Assembly: GCF_026210795.1 (NCBI RefSeq)
Contig: NC_089430.1
Span: 4,712,001 to 4,776,000, forward strand
DNA: 64,000 nucleotides
Origin: Rhizophagus irregularis
Lineage: Eukaryota
Direction: 5' to 3'
Shown: one piece after another, positions 62,870 to 64,000 of the stretch
How positions within the stretch are numbered: the stretch's first letter is position 1
Layout of the letters: each line of letters starts with the position of its first letter
Notes under the pieces: model-generated
Databases searched by the model: none
What the model saw: the letters and a program-made list of their open reading frames with translations, nothing else
Told to the model about the DNA's origin: nothing
Position numbers and translations under genes: made by a program

Positions 62870-64000
62870 TTGTCTATGTATCTAATAAGGATCCGAAACG
62901 GGTATATGATAAGTTTCGCATCTCATTACATACAAAACTTTAACATTTTTATAAAAGAACGTTTCTAGCGTTCTTTATTCTTTTTTTTTTGTAGGTTTCG
63001 GTACTCCAAGGTTCCCGAAACGGTAAGTTTCGCAACATCTTGTTGCGAAACTTTAAAATTATTTTTTTATTTTTTCAAAGAACGTTTCTAACGTTCTTTA
63101 TCTTTTTTTTTTGTAGGTTCGGTACTCAATATTTCCAAACTTTAACATGGTAAGTTTAAACTTGAATTTTTTTATATTTTTTTTTCGCTAAGAACGTTTT
63201 ACTTATGTTCTTATTTTATTTTTTTTAGAGAACGGTAAGCCGGGGAAAGGGATTTTATTTTTTTAAAAAAAAATCTTTTCGTTAAGAACGTTTTACTAAC
63301 GTTCTTTTTTTAAATTTTTTTAAGGAACGCTTCCTGGACCATTCAAGGTGAAATTGATGCAAGGTAAGCTAGGGGAAGGGATTTTTTTTTTTCTCTTTTT
63401 TTTATTTTTTTTCGCTAAGAACTTTTACTGACGTTCTTCTTTGATTTTTTTAGATGGATACTATAACCAAAGAAATGCAAACCCAACGAAAAATTTATAA
63501 TACAAAAAAAAAAATAACGTGGTGAGAACGGCTTCCTAAGATGGAACGGATCAAGGTAAGCCGAGGGAAGGGGAATTTGTTTTTTTAAAAATTTTTTTTC
63601 GTTAAGAACGTTTACTAACATTCTTCATTGTCTTTTTTTTTAGAGAACGGCTCCCCGGACGAAATGGATATGAGGTAAGTTGGAGAAAATATAATATATT
63701 TTTTATTAAACAAAACGTTGACCAACGTTTCGATTTTATTCTTTTGTAGGTCCACGGTCCTGTTAGTTTCTGGGCGGAATTTGAAGGTAAAACTTCAAAA
63801 TTCTTTTTTTTTTTACTTTATTTAAATGAGACATTAGCTAACGTTTCAATTTTATTTTTTGTAGGTTTTCAGCTTTCCGGACGCCTCTTGGACGGAATTT
63901 CGAAGGTATTCCTTCGAATAAATTTTTTCTATTAATTTTATCTAGTGAACGTCATGTTCCTTTTTTTGTAGGTCCAGAACACCGCCAGACTCCATTTCAA
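62870..64000 (+). ncRNA. Second micro-exon array, runs off the window
   Basis: Candidate exons 62995-63022, 63117-63149, 63229-63234, 63325-63363, 63454-63555, 63644-63674, 63750-63786, 63865-63905, 63972 onward, separated by GTAAG-type...poly-T-AG introns. Confidence 0.55.

Overview
Very AT-rich eukaryotic DNA with short GT-AG introns. Composition, intron style and the TRP-channel type suggest an arbuscular mycorrhizal fungus (Glomeromycotina, Rhizophagus-like); this is inference, as no search was run. The main feature is a locally expanded two-gene module: an intronless small secreted Cys-containing protein (signal peptide, three conserved dibasic KR sites, apparent Cu/Zn-SOD-like fold without the metal-binding His) lying head-to-head with a 9-exon, roughly 1200-aa cell-surface multipass membrane protein (signal peptide, ectodomain, SbsA/Big_5-type Ig module, juxtamembrane alpha/beta module, 3 TM, hypervariable coiled coil, further TMs). 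There are three complete divergent pairs, one orphan membrane-protein copy and one decayed copy, suggesting a linked ligand/receptor- or toxin/immunity-like system under birth-and-death evolution. The window also holds a 6-exon TRP-type channel gene, many non-autonomous TIR elements (8-bp, TA and 3-bp TSD classes, one nested), a decayed non-LTR retroelement with RNase H, pseudogenes, an 18-bp minisatellite, and two apparently non-coding micro-exon arrays whose introns carry recurring hairpins. Splice models were derived by hand; all fold and function assignments need confirmation.
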